Origin: an uncultured bacterium
Lineage (GTDB): Bacteria > UBA8481
NCBI GenBank assembly: GCA_964499705.1
Contig: CAZCME010000001.1
Span: 323,243-387,242 of the forward strand
Length of the DNA stretch: 64,000 nt
Direction of reading: 5' to 3'
The notes under the pieces were generated by a model, which searched no databases, was not told where the DNA came from, and was given only the letters and a program-made list of their open reading frames with translations. This document shows positions 10,468 through 19,054 of this stretch, piece after piece (the stretch's first letter is position 1; every line of letters begins with the position of its first letter). Position numbers and translations under genes: made by a program.

Positions 10468-11867
10468 GCGGACCTCAGGGCGCGATCGCGATTGGCCCGG
10501 AGAAATGTGAGGATCCGGTCCGCGGCATCGCAGCCCGATCCGAATGTCTGCCCGACCGACGTGCCGTCGCGGAAATTACCCGCCATGAAAAATCCCGGAT
10601 TCTCTCGCTCCAGCCGCTTCATGATCCCCCGGAATTTTCCGTATCCGACTTCATACTGGGGGATCGCGTGCGAGTGTCGATCCAGGTGGACGTGAGCGGG
10701 ATGCCCCGTCACGCCGAGCAGAATCCGCAGATCGTGCAGCGTCAGCTCCAGGAGCGCCTCGAGCGATTTATGCTCCACGGATGGATTTCTCGCTCCGCCG
10801 ATGAAGTTCGTGATGAGGACGTGATTATCAGGAGCGCGATTAGGAAAGAGCGATGACGTGAAGAGGGTTCCCAGGAGAGCGAGACCTTCCACGCGGGGAA
10901 CAAGCATTCCGAAGCCGTCGAGCGGATGCAGGACATCGTTCCGATTAAAGCCGAGCGTGACCGTGATGACGGGCGGATAGGGAATGAGCCGCAGCAGGGA
11001 CATGGCCCGGAACGCATCGCCATGGAACGTGATCTTAGGGAGCTGCCACGCGGGCGTCGTGACGAGGATGGCGTCGTGCCGGAAATGCTCCTCCACGCCG
11101 TGAACGGAGCAACCGACGATCCAGCCGTGCAGATCGTGGGAGAGGGACGTCGCCGGCGTGTTGAAGAAGACTTCCGCGGCCAGCCTCGCGTGGAGAGCTC
11201 CAGGGAGCGCGCCGAGCCCGTCCCGGAAGGAATACATCGTCGTTCGTCCCGCGGATTCGACGGACGGATTCCGGGCGCGATTCTTCCGGGCCGCGAGCGC
11301 GCCCTTGAAGAGCGAGCCGTACTCCCGTTCCATGGCGTCGATCTTCGGAAACGCATGATGGACGGAAAGTTTCTCCGGATCGCCCGCGTAGATTCCTCCC
11401 ACGAGCGGGTCGACTCCGTAATCGAGAATTTCTTCTCCGAGCCGCCGCCGTACGAAGTGCGCGAGATTCTCATCCTCGGCGTCCGTGCGCGGAGCGATGA
11501 ACGGCTCCCCGAGCAGCCGCATCTTGGCGCCCGTGGTGAAGAGCTCCGTCATGAGAAACGATGCCGCCGAGTCCGGAACGACGACGGGTTTGCGGTTGCG
11601 GACGATATAGCGGCGCTTCGCGCAGGGATTCGCGACGATCTTCTGATCCGAAAGACCCAGCTCCCGGATCGACTGCGTGATCTTGTCGCCCGTGTCCATC
11701 AGCGTGTGCGGTCCCGACTCCGAGAGAAATCCGTTCTCGCGTATCGAGCGGATGACGCCGCCCGCATGATCTCCCGCCTCATACACCGTCACGTGGCATC
11801 CCGATTTCTTCAGGCGCCACGCCGCTGCGAGTCCGCTGATTCCTGCTCCGATGATCCCGACGTTCAT
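10464..11867 (-). CDS. hemY: Protoporphyrinogen/coproporphyrinogen oxidase (HemY type)
   Basis: GAGISGL, ESGP, GIYAGDPEKLS, GFGMLVP, AIPQY. Confidence 0.92.
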   Translation of the reverse strand: MNVGIIGAGISGLAAAWRLKKSGCHVTVYEAGDHAGGVIRSIRENGFLSESGPHTLMDTGDKITQSIRELGLSDQKIVANPCAKRRYIVRNRKPVVVPDSAASFLMTELFTTGAKMRLLGEPFIAPRTDAEDENLAHFVRRRLGEEILDYGVDPLVGGIYAGDPEKLSVHHAFPKIDAMEREYGSLFKGALAARKNRARNPSVESAGRTTMYSFRDGLGALPGALHARLAAEVFFNTPATSLSHDLHGWIVGCSVHGVEEHFRHDAILVTTPAWQLPKITFHGDAFRAMSLLRLIPYPPVITVTLGFNRNDVLHPLDGFGMLVPRVEGLALLGTLFTSSLFPNRAPDNHVLITNFIGGARNPSVEHKSLEALLELTLHDLRILLGVTGHPAHVHLDRHSHAIPQYEVGYGKFRGIMKRLERENPGFFMAGNFRDGTSVGQTFGSGCDAADRILTFLRANRDRALRSA

Positions 11868-11994
11868 GTCGGATGGTAATAAAGCAAAGGGCGTGCCGCC
11901 GTCCCCATGCCTATAGGGTGGCTATGGGTTCATCCGATTCCGAGCCGTGAGAAATATCTCAGGAACAATTCTCACGTTTCGGAGAAGAGGGGGG

Positions 11995-12023
11995 CCGGGG
12001 GTCAGGGATACCTGACCCCCCGG
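11995..12023 (-). terminator. GC-rich hairpin after the oxidase block
   Basis: ccgggggtcagg-gata-cctgaccccccgg just downstream of the cupredoxin stop (12029), followed by a pyrimidine tract on the minus strand. Confidence 0.55.
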
Positions 12024-12028
12024 AAGCC

Positions 12029-12832
12029 CTACTGCGGTTTCGTGAATTGGAAGTCCTGGGAGAGTGCGTCATTGGCGGCCGCCACGGTGATGGTGGCTTT
12101 CTGCGTCCCCAGTTTTTCATGCCATGCCTCGATCGTGTAGGTACCGGGAGCCAATCCTGAAATCTTGTAAGCCCCATCGGTACCCGTGACCGCGAAGAAT
12201 GGGTGCGACATGACGGTCGCCCAGCCGCCCATCCACGGATGGACATCGCACTTTATGGGAAACATGCCTTCCGGTTTATCGAAGACCTGCGTGGCTTCCG
12301 TGCGCGTCTTCGGCATCGCCATGTTGAACTCCGCGTTCACCTTGGGCATCGCGTGGACGTTATGGAGCGTGCCGTCGGGATTCAGGATCTTCAGCGTCTG
12401 TCCTGCCATGAGCGCCATGACATGCGGCTTGTACTGGCAACCCTCCTGCGTGAGGACGACAGGTTCGCTCGGAGCGGGCCAGGTTTTGTTCGGCAGCCCG
12501 GCGGTGATGGAGACGAAGACATTCGCCATCGTGTTGCCCTCACCGAGCACCAGGGCCTCCGAGACGACCGGCGACTTATGCCTGGCCACGCAGACAGGAT
12601 CGGCGTTCATCGGAACCACGGGCATCTTCGGCGGGACGCCGTCGAACTTGATCACGCCTGAAACCGAGGCATTGCCCGTGGTTGTCGTGGCTGCGACCGG
12701 CGCGGGCGCCTGCTCCGCTGGTTTCGGCGCCGCGGGTTCGACCCTGGCCGGAGGCTGACCGCCGCAGGCGGAAAGACCAGCGAAGAGGATGACAGCGAGG
12801 GACGATAGACGGGACCGGTTGTTGAACTTCAT
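12029..12832 (-). CDS. Lipoprotein with cupredoxin-like and carboxypeptidase-regulatory-like domains
   Basis: Lipobox LSAC; HNVH...KCDVHPWM type-1 Cu ligand set; GTYTIEAWHE. Confidence 0.8.
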   Translation of the reverse strand: MKFNNRSRLSSLAVILFAGLSACGGQPPARVEPAAPKPAEQAPAPVAATTTTGNASVSGVIKFDGVPPKMPVVPMNADPVCVARHKSPVVSEALVLGEGNTMANVFVSITAGLPNKTWPAPSEPVVLTQEGCQYKPHVMALMAGQTLKILNPDGTLHNVHAMPKVNAEFNMAMPKTRTEATQVFDKPEGMFPIKCDVHPWMGGWATVMSHPFFAVTGTDGAYKISGLAPGTYTIEAWHEKLGTQKATITVAAANDALSQDFQFTKPQ

Positions 12833-12878
12833 GGGAACTTTCTCCTTCTCTGATGATATTGCGAAATGTGTAGGGAAG

Positions 12879-13088
12879 TTATTTGTCATGGTTGAAATGG
12901 CCTTTCTTGAAACTCCAGAATCCGATGGCGCCGACGACGAGGAAGGGGACGGGAAACAGAAACGCGACGGCGCTCCAGATGCCCGCCTGGTTCGTCGCCG
13001 TGACGACGCACGAAGGGCATGCCGCGGCATTTTCCGCCCACAGGGCGGACACGAGCGCCGCGGCAAGGATCCGGCGCAGGAAGTTCAC
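12879..13088 (-). CDS. Small membrane protein with CxxC after a signal peptide (69 aa)
   Basis: GTG start overlapping the cox III stop; MNFLRRILAAALVSALWAENAAACPSCVV...one TM helix. Confidence 0.6.
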   Translation of the reverse strand: MNFLRRILAAALVSALWAENAAACPSCVVTATNQAGIWSAVAFLFPVPFLVVGAIGFWSFKKGHFNHDK

Positions 13089-13705
13089 GACCAGTACAGA
13101 AGGCCGTAGAGGATCGGCCATATTCCGACGACGAAGTACCAGAACATCGCGCAGAGCTCCACGCCGAGATGACGGGTCGAGTGATAGCGGGAGGCGCGGG
13201 CGCGCGACAGCACGAAGAGAAGCAGCGTCATCGCCGCCGCGACATGAAGTCCGTGCGTTCCAATGATCGTGTAGAAGATCGCTCCGTAGATGCTGGACGA
13301 AAGCGTCATTCCATGCCGCAGGAGCCCGATCCATTCGTATCCTTGAAGGACAAGAAAGAGTCCTCCGAGCGCGGCAGTCGCCGTCATGAATCGCGCGAGT
13401 TCCGCCGTCCGTCCGCTCCGTATGCTCCGCAGGCCGCGCCGCATCGTGAATGCGCTGGCCATGAGAAATGCCGTATTGAAGAGCGTGACGAAGACGGGCA
13501 GGCGAGGCTGTCCCGCGGGTGGCCACGATTCCGCTCCCGCCCGGAACGCGATGAAGGCGCTCACGAATCCCGCGAAGAACATGATCTCCGCGCCGATGAG
13601 GAGAATCATTCCGAAGCGCGCCGCGTTATCGGCGCGCGCATGCGAGTCATCCTGGAAGGCCGCATCCAGGACGCCGGGATCGAGACAGGCGACGGTCGCG
13701 GGCAT
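13085..13705 (-). CDS. Heme-copper oxidase subunit III (second copy)
   Basis: AEIMFFAG, NTAFLMAS, QGYEW, FYTIIGTHGLHV, FWYFVVGIW. Confidence 0.9.
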   Translation of the reverse strand: MPATVACLDPGVLDAAFQDDSHARADNAARFGMILLIGAEIMFFAGFVSAFIAFRAGAESWPPAGQPRLPVFVTLFNTAFLMASAFTMRRGLRSIRSGRTAELARFMTATAALGGLFLVLQGYEWIGLLRHGMTLSSSIYGAIFYTIIGTHGLHVAAAMTLLLFVLSRARASRYHSTRHLGVELCAMFWYFVVGIWPILYGLLYWS

Positions 13706-13708
13706 GGA

Positions 13709-14014
13709 TTATTTTTCCGCCGACCGGATGAAATTATCCGCGAAGCTGATGTCCGGCAGGAGGAGGATGACGAGGATGACGAGAAGAAGAATCGGGACGA
13801 CGACGAGCGACGCGACGAGCGCGCCTTCCGAACGGACGTGCATGTAATTGCGGATGACGAGCGTCGCTTTCCACGCGGCGATACTGAAGACCGCGGCGGC
13901 CGCCGGTGCGGCCGGCAGGTGAAACGCGCCGACCGCCACGGAGACGGCCATGAGGATCATGAGCCCGATCCAGATTCCCGTGTAGTTGATCTTGTGTCCC
14001 GATTCTTCCGTCAT
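13709..14014 (-). CDS. Heme-copper oxidase subunit IV (caa3/CtaF-like)
   Basis: Three TM helices, KATLVIRNYMHVRSE motif. Confidence 0.82.
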   Translation of the reverse strand: MTEESGHKINYTGIWIGLMILMAVSVAVGAFHLPAAPAAAAVFSIAAWKATLVIRNYMHVRSEGALVASLVVVPILLLVILVILLLPDISFADNFIRSAEK

Positions 14015-14018
14015 GATG

Positions 14019-14630
14019 TCAACCTCCTGAGCTTGAAAGATAGAGCAGCGGAAAGAGAAAGATCCAGACCACGTCCACCATGTGCCAGTACAGAGCGCAC
14101 AGCTCCACGCGGTGCCCGATCGGCGCCAGCCTTCCTCGGATGGCGTAGAGCATGAGAATGAAAAGCGCGAGAGCTCCGACAATCACGTGCAGCGCGTGGA
14201 AGCCCGTCATGAAGAAGTAGAACGACCAGAAGGTGCCGGACGCGGGCAGAATCCCGATGGAAATCTTGGAATAGTATTCATACGACTTGATGCCGAGAAA
14301 AGCCACGGCCAGGATGACGGTGACGGCCAGGAAGCGGATCACGGCTCCGGACTCGCCGCGATTCTGCGCGGCGAAGGCGCGCGCCACGGTGTAACTGCTC
14401 GTCAGGAGAATGATGGTGTTGATCGTTCCGAGCGTGACGCTCAGGTGCCCGGCTTCGTGCGCCCACTCCGGGTGCGCCAGCCGGAAGAGGACATAGCAGG
14501 CGATCAATCCGCCGAAGATCATGATCTCCGAGGAGATGAGGAGCCAGACGCCGAGCTTGCCGGAGGAGAGCCCGGCCGGCCCGGAGGAATGTTCGGCGGC
14601 GTGGATGTCGATGGCGGCGGAGTGAGACAT
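14019..14630 (-). CDS. Heme-copper oxidase subunit III (first copy)
   Basis: WLLISSEIMIFGG, NTIILLTSS, FFMTGFHALHV, LYWHMVDVVWIFLFPLLY. Confidence 0.92.
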   Translation of the reverse strand: MSHSAAIDIHAAEHSSGPAGLSSGKLGVWLLISSEIMIFGGLIACYVLFRLAHPEWAHEAGHLSVTLGTINTIILLTSSYTVARAFAAQNRGESGAVIRFLAVTVILAVAFLGIKSYEYYSKISIGILPASGTFWSFYFFMTGFHALHVIVGALALFILMLYAIRGRLAPIGHRVELCALYWHMVDVVWIFLFPLLYLSSSGG

Positions 14631-14632
14631 CG

Positions 14633-16318
14633 TCACAGGGGCGCCGCGCCGAGTTCGACATGTCCGTCCTGCGGGAGGAAATCCGCCGCACCGAGATCGG
14701 GGCGGCTGTAGACGTAGGGGCCTTCCGTCACGACCGGAAGGCTGCCCGGCCAGTTGCCGTGCGGCGGAGGGGAAGCCGTCCGCCATTCGAGCGTGTTCGC
14801 GTGGAACGGATTATTCTCCGCGACCTTTCCGCGCATCATGCTCCAGAAGAAGTTCACGACGAAGAGCCCCTGGCTCGCGAGGAGCGCGATCGCGGCGTAC
14901 GTGACGTGGACGTTCAAGCCCTTCACCTGGTCCAGCATGGCGTACTGCGAGGGATCCGCGATACGGCGCGGCATGCCTGCGGCTCCGATGAGGAAGATCG
15001 GCCAGAAGACGCCGTTGAAGAAGATGAAGGTGAGCCAGAAGTGCGCCTTGCCGAGCTTTTCTCCGAACATCCGTCCGAACATCTTGGGGAACCAGTAGGA
15101 GATCGCGGCGAAACCGCCGAAGAAGACCGAGGGGAAGAAGGTGTAGTGGAAATGAGCCACGACGAAATGCGTATCGTGGAAATAAATGTCCGACGCGGCG
15201 GCTCCGAGGAAGATCCCGGTGAGGCCTCCGATGAGAAACGTGGCGAGGAAGCCGAGCGCCCAGAGCATCGGCGTCGTCAGCTCGATGGAGCCGCGCCAGA
15301 CCGTGAGGAACATGCAGATGACCATGAGCGAGAACGGGATCGAGATGAGGATCGTCGCCATCGAAAACGGCATCGCGAGGCGCGGATTCATGCCGCTGAT
15401 GAACATGTGATGCGCCCAGACGACGTACGAAAGCGCGACCGCGACGAGCATCGACCAGACGATGGTGCGGTAGCCGAAGACCGGTTTCCTGGAGAAGACG
15501 GGCAGGATCTCGATGACGACTCCCATCGCGGGCAGGAGAATGACGTAGACCTCCGGGTGGCCGAAGAACCAGAAGAGATGCTGCCAGAGGAGCGGATCGC
15601 CGCCGCGGCTGGGGATGAAGAAACCGGCGCCGGCGACGTTGTCCAGGAGGAGCATGACCGCGCCGGCGATGAGGGGGCCGACGGAGAAGAAGAAAGCGAG
15701 CGTGGCGCCGATGAGGCACCAGACGAGGATCGGCATCCGGAACCACGTCATCCCCTTCGCGCGCATCATGACGGTCGTCGCGAGGTAATTGATGCCGCCC
15801 ATGGTGGATGCGGCGAAGACGAGGGCGAGCGAGAGGATCCAGAGCGTCATGCCCCATTCGACTCCGGAGTATTGGCTGGACGCGGAGAGGGGAGGATAAG
15901 CGGTCCAGCCGCAGGCGGCGGGACCTCCGGGGACGAAGAAGGCGGCCATGATGACGAGGGCCGCGAGAAACGTGACCCAGAAGGAGAGCATGTTGATGCG
16001 GGGGAACGCCATGTCCCGGGCTCCGATCATGAGCGGGATGCAGAAGTTTCCCAGGGCGCCCACGAGAATGGGCATGCCGACGAAGAAGACCATGATCGTG
16101 CCGTGCATCGTCACCATCGCGTTGTAGATGTCGGGCGTCACTTCGGCGCCCCACGGCGTCGGCCGGTCGGGCCATGCGAGTTGCCACCGGATGAGAAACG
16201 AGGTGAAGCCGCCCACCAGGGCCATGGCCAGGCCCAGCAGCAGGTATTGTTTCCCGATCATCTTGTGATCGGTGGAGAAGAGGTAATGAAACCAGAAATG
16301 CCGGAGCCTTGTCTTCAC
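14633..16318 (-). CDS. ctaD: Heme-copper oxidase subunit I, A1-type signature
   Basis: TMHGTIM, ARDMAFPRINMLSFW, GWTAYPPL, WFFGHPEVY, VWAHHMF, HDTHFVVAHFHY, GMPRR; GTG start overlaps the subunit II stop. Confidence 0.96.
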   Translation of the reverse strand: MKTRLRHFWFHYLFSTDHKMIGKQYLLLGLAMALVGGFTSFLIRWQLAWPDRPTPWGAEVTPDIYNAMVTMHGTIMVFFVGMPILVGALGNFCIPLMIGARDMAFPRINMLSFWVTFLAALVIMAAFFVPGGPAACGWTAYPPLSASSQYSGVEWGMTLWILSLALVFAASTMGGINYLATTVMMRAKGMTWFRMPILVWCLIGATLAFFFSVGPLIAGAVMLLLDNVAGAGFFIPSRGGDPLLWQHLFWFFGHPEVYVILLPAMGVVIEILPVFSRKPVFGYRTIVWSMLVAVALSYVVWAHHMFISGMNPRLAMPFSMATILISIPFSLMVICMFLTVWRGSIELTTPMLWALGFLATFLIGGLTGIFLGAAASDIYFHDTHFVVAHFHYTFFPSVFFGGFAAISYWFPKMFGRMFGEKLGKAHFWLTFIFFNGVFWPIFLIGAAGMPRRIADPSQYAMLDQVKGLNVHVTYAAIALLASQGLFVVNFFWSMMRGKVAENNPFHANTLEWRTASPPPHGNWPGSLPVVTEGPYVYSRPDLGAADFLPQDGHVELGAAPL

Positions 16319-17001
16319 CAGACGATCTCCTCGCCGACGGCTTCCTTCTTCCACGCCTCGAATTCCTCCGGAGTCTGGACGATGAGCTCGCCGAACATTC
16401 GTGTGTGCCCCAATCCGCAAAGCTCCGCGCAGGCGATCGGATAGGTCCCGGTCTTCGTCAGGGAGAACCACGCTCCGATCTTCCTCCCCGGGAGCACATC
16501 CTGCTTGAAGCGGGCGGCCGGGACGAAGAAGCTGTGAATGACGTCCGTCGATTCGAGCTCCAGCTTGATCGTCTTCCCGACGGGAACGCGGAGTGAACCG
16601 CGGATCGTGACATCGTCCTTCGTGTCGAGCTTCTCATCGGGACCGGCGTAGATGAAATCCCAGTAGAACTGCTGAGCGCGGACGCGGACGACGAGATCCG
16701 GCCGGGGAATATTTTCCTTCACCATGGCCCAGGCTCGCGCGCCCTTCACGTCGATCCCGAGGTCGATCGTGAAGACGACCGCCGCAAAGACGAGGATCCC
16801 CGTGACCGCCGCGCGCGACTCGCCCGTCAGGAACGTCGCGGCTCGCCCCTTCGTCCGGCGGAACCGGAGGACGGCGACGAGGAGATAGGACTCCATGACG
16901 ACGAAGAAGAAACCGACGATGCCGTAGATGAGGAAGATGAGGCTGTCGATCTCGCCTCCGAACGTGGAGATATTCTCCGGCAGGTATTTGAACATCAGCA
17001 T
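16315..17001 (-). CDS. ctaC: Heme-copper oxidase subunit II with CuA site
   Basis: QFYWDF, DVIHSFFVP, CAELCGLGHTRM; alternative start at 16995. Confidence 0.94.
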   Translation of the reverse strand: MLMFKYLPENISTFGGEIDSLIFLIYGIVGFFFVVMESYLLVAVLRFRRTKGRAATFLTGESRAAVTGILVFAAVVFTIDLGIDVKGARAWAMVKENIPRPDLVVRVRAQQFYWDFIYAGPDEKLDTKDDVTIRGSLRVPVGKTIKLELESTDVIHSFFVPAARFKQDVLPGRKIGAWFSLTKTGTYPIACAELCGLGHTRMFGELIVQTPEEFEAWKKEAVGEEIVW

Positions 17002-17049
17002 CGGGCTCCGTGAAGGTATGACATAGCTCCTCGATTTAACAAAAAGATA

Positions 17050-17106
17050 AAAAGACCGTCAAGTCTTTTATTAGATTAATGTTAACAAAAGACTTGATAG
17101 TCTTTT
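17050..17106. promoter_or_regulatory. Two palindromic operators AAAAGAC-N6-GTCTTTT, probable Rrf2 sites
   Basis: 17050-17069 AAAAGAC-CGTCAA-GTCTTTT and 17087-17106 AAAAGAC-TTGATA-GTCTTTT in the AT-rich divergent promoter region. Confidence 0.75.
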
Positions 17107-17128
17107 GTCCGGCCGTCACAATACGGCC

Positions 17129-17569
17129 ATGTTCTCCGCCAAGTGCACCTACGCGATCAAGGCCGTCCTGACCCTGGCCCGGGAGGAGGCGGCGGGGGCG
17201 GAGACGGGCATGCGGATCAGGGACCTGGCTAAAAAGGCCGACCTGCCCGGACCGTACCTGGCCAAGATCATCGGGGAGCTCGCCCGCGCCGGCGTTCTCC
17301 GGACCGCGAAGGGCCTGAAAGGGGGCGTGCGGCTGGCCCGGGCCGCGAACCGGATCACGCTCGGCGACGTGGTCGAAGCGATGGACCGGGTCGACGGATA
17401 CCGGCAGTGCGTCCTGGAGCCGCGCCCGTGCAGCGAGGTCGCCTTCTGCCCTCTCCACAAGACCTGCAAGGTGATCCGGGAGCAGATCCTCAAGAAGTCC
17501 AACTTCTCCCAACTCTGCCATGCCTACGACGTCTGCGGCACGATGCGGAAGGGCAGAAAGCGCGCGTAG
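17129..17569 (+). CDS. Rrf2 family transcriptional regulator (3-Cys, likely Fe-S binding)
   Basis: YAIKA...YLAKII..L...G..GG..LAR...ITLGDVVEA; CVLEPRPCSEVAFCPLH. Confidence 0.92.
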   Translation: MFSAKCTYAIKAVLTLAREEAAGAETGMRIRDLAKKADLPGPYLAKIIGELARAGVLRTAKGLKGGVRLARAANRITLGDVVEAMDRVDGYRQCVLEPRPCSEVAFCPLHKTCKVIREQILKKSNFSQLCHAYDVCGTMRKGRKRA

Positions 17570-17610
17570 CGTCCCTCGGAACGCCGGTTTCATCGGTTCC
17601 ACATGTTTCA

Positions 17611-18849
17611 TCAGCGGGGCGTCGCGGCGGCGGGCTTGGCGATGAGCCGCGTGATGAAGATTCCCCAGATCACGATGCCCGCGATCCAGAAGATCCCGGC
17701 CAGCGCGAGATGCTCGAAATAGGAATCGATGACGAAGGCCGCTCCGATCCGCGAAAGAAGTCCGAAGACGATGCAGAATCCTCCGATCCGCAACGGCCAT
17801 GACTTCGATTCCTTCTCCAGGCTGAATCCGCCGTGCGCCAGCGCGACGCGGGTCGCGATCGCGAGTATGAGGAGAGAGAAGCCGCCCATGAACATGAAGT
17901 GCAGGAGATCGATGCCGATTCCCGGCGAGATCGCGGCTCCCCAGAGCGCGACGAGGATGGAAAGATTGGCGATCCAGATCGTCTTGGCGAGCGTGGTTTG
18001 CGCCCGAGGCAGTCGCCAGGGCGGAACGGTCAGGGCGAGAAAGACCGTCACGACCGCCGCACGGGCCCAGGCCGCCGCGGCCAGGTCCAGGATGTATTGC
18101 GCGTAGAGCGTCGCGCCGACGGCCAGGCCCGAGGCGATCGCGGCGCCCGTCAGCATCCGGCTCGATCGCGGAAGGATCGGGCGACCGTCCGCGTCCGTGG
18201 GAAAGAGGACGAGCCCCATGAGGCGCGGTTCCAGAAACGCGCCGATGCCCATGACGAGCGAGAGCACCATGCCCTCGGTAAGCATTCTAAGCCCCAGCAT
18301 GCTCCAGACCGGCTCGATCACTTCCCAATCCACCAGCGCGTTCATGGTGGTGCCGGTGAAGCCGAAGAAAAGGCCGATGCCGACGAGCGGAAACGTGTCG
18401 GGAGGATTATGGCTGCGCCGGAGAAAACGCCCTACGGCCGCGACGATCACGACGGCCTGCGCGGTGAGGAAGAAGAGATTTCCCCAGCGGAACGACCAGA
18501 GCTCGAACGCCATCGTATCGGCGACGAGGAGAAGCGCGACGGAAGTCTTGAAAGCGGTGCCCGGAAGGGGAGTGCGGGTCATGCGCGGAAGCGCCGTCAT
18601 CAGGAATCCGACGATGAAGCTGTACAGGAATCCCGCGATCTGGACCATCGCGTGCGCGCGTCCCGAGTACGTTTCGAGGAATCCATAGTGATAGAGCGGC
18701 CAGACCGCCACGCCGGCGATCCCGAGGAGGACACCGAGCGGAAAGAAGATGCGATAGGGTTCGCAGGGAGCGTGCGTCAAGGATTGCGCGCGCGCAGGGG
18801 AGCGCGATATCACCCGGAGCGGGTTGGCTGTGGCAATCGATGGAAGCAT
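17611..18849 (-). CDS. nnrS: NnrS family membrane protein
   Basis: EPYRIFFPLG, HAMVQIAGFL..FIVGFLMTALP, LLHFMFMGG...ATRVALAHGG. Confidence 0.82.
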   Translation of the reverse strand: MLPSIATANPLRVISRSPARAQSLTHAPCEPYRIFFPLGVLLGIAGVAVWPLYHYGFLETYSGRAHAMVQIAGFLYSFIVGFLMTALPRMTRTPLPGTAFKTSVALLLVADTMAFELWSFRWGNLFFLTAQAVVIVAAVGRFLRRSHNPPDTFPLVGIGLFFGFTGTTMNALVDWEVIEPVWSMLGLRMLTEGMVLSLVMGIGAFLEPRLMGLVLFPTDADGRPILPRSSRMLTGAAIASGLAVGATLYAQYILDLAAAAWARAAVVTVFLALTVPPWRLPRAQTTLAKTIWIANLSILVALWGAAISPGIGIDLLHFMFMGGFSLLILAIATRVALAHGGFSLEKESKSWPLRIGGFCIVFGLLSRIGAAFVIDSYFEHLALAGIFWIAGIVIWGIFITRLIAKPAAATPR

Positions 18850-18928
18850 GGCAGGAATGAATCAAGCAGGAGTCGTGCCGTGGCGTTACGCATGAACAAG
18901 CACGACTTTGTGGAAGGTGATTCCGAAA

Positions 18929-18944
18929 TGTGAGAAATGTTACA
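18929..18944. promoter_or_regulatory. Crp-type operator candidate upstream of nnrS
   Basis: aaaTGTGA-GAAATG-TTACA about 80 bp upstream of the nnrS start. Confidence 0.5.
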
Positions 18945-18954
18945 GGGGGAATCC

Positions 18955-19054
18955 NNNNNNNNNNNNNNNNNNNNNNNNNNNNNNNNNNNNNNNNNNNNNN
19001 NNNNNNNNNNNNNNNNNNNNNNNNNNNNNNNNNNNNNNNNNNNNNNNNNNNNNN
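18955..19054. other. Assembly gap (100 N)
   Basis: Run of N; true length unknown. Confidence 1.

Noticed and set aside
14633-16318. Nitric oxide reductase (cNOR/qNOR) call for subunit I
   Set aside because: It retains the HPEVY tyrosine, the D-channel and a CuA subunit II, so it is A-family by sequence.
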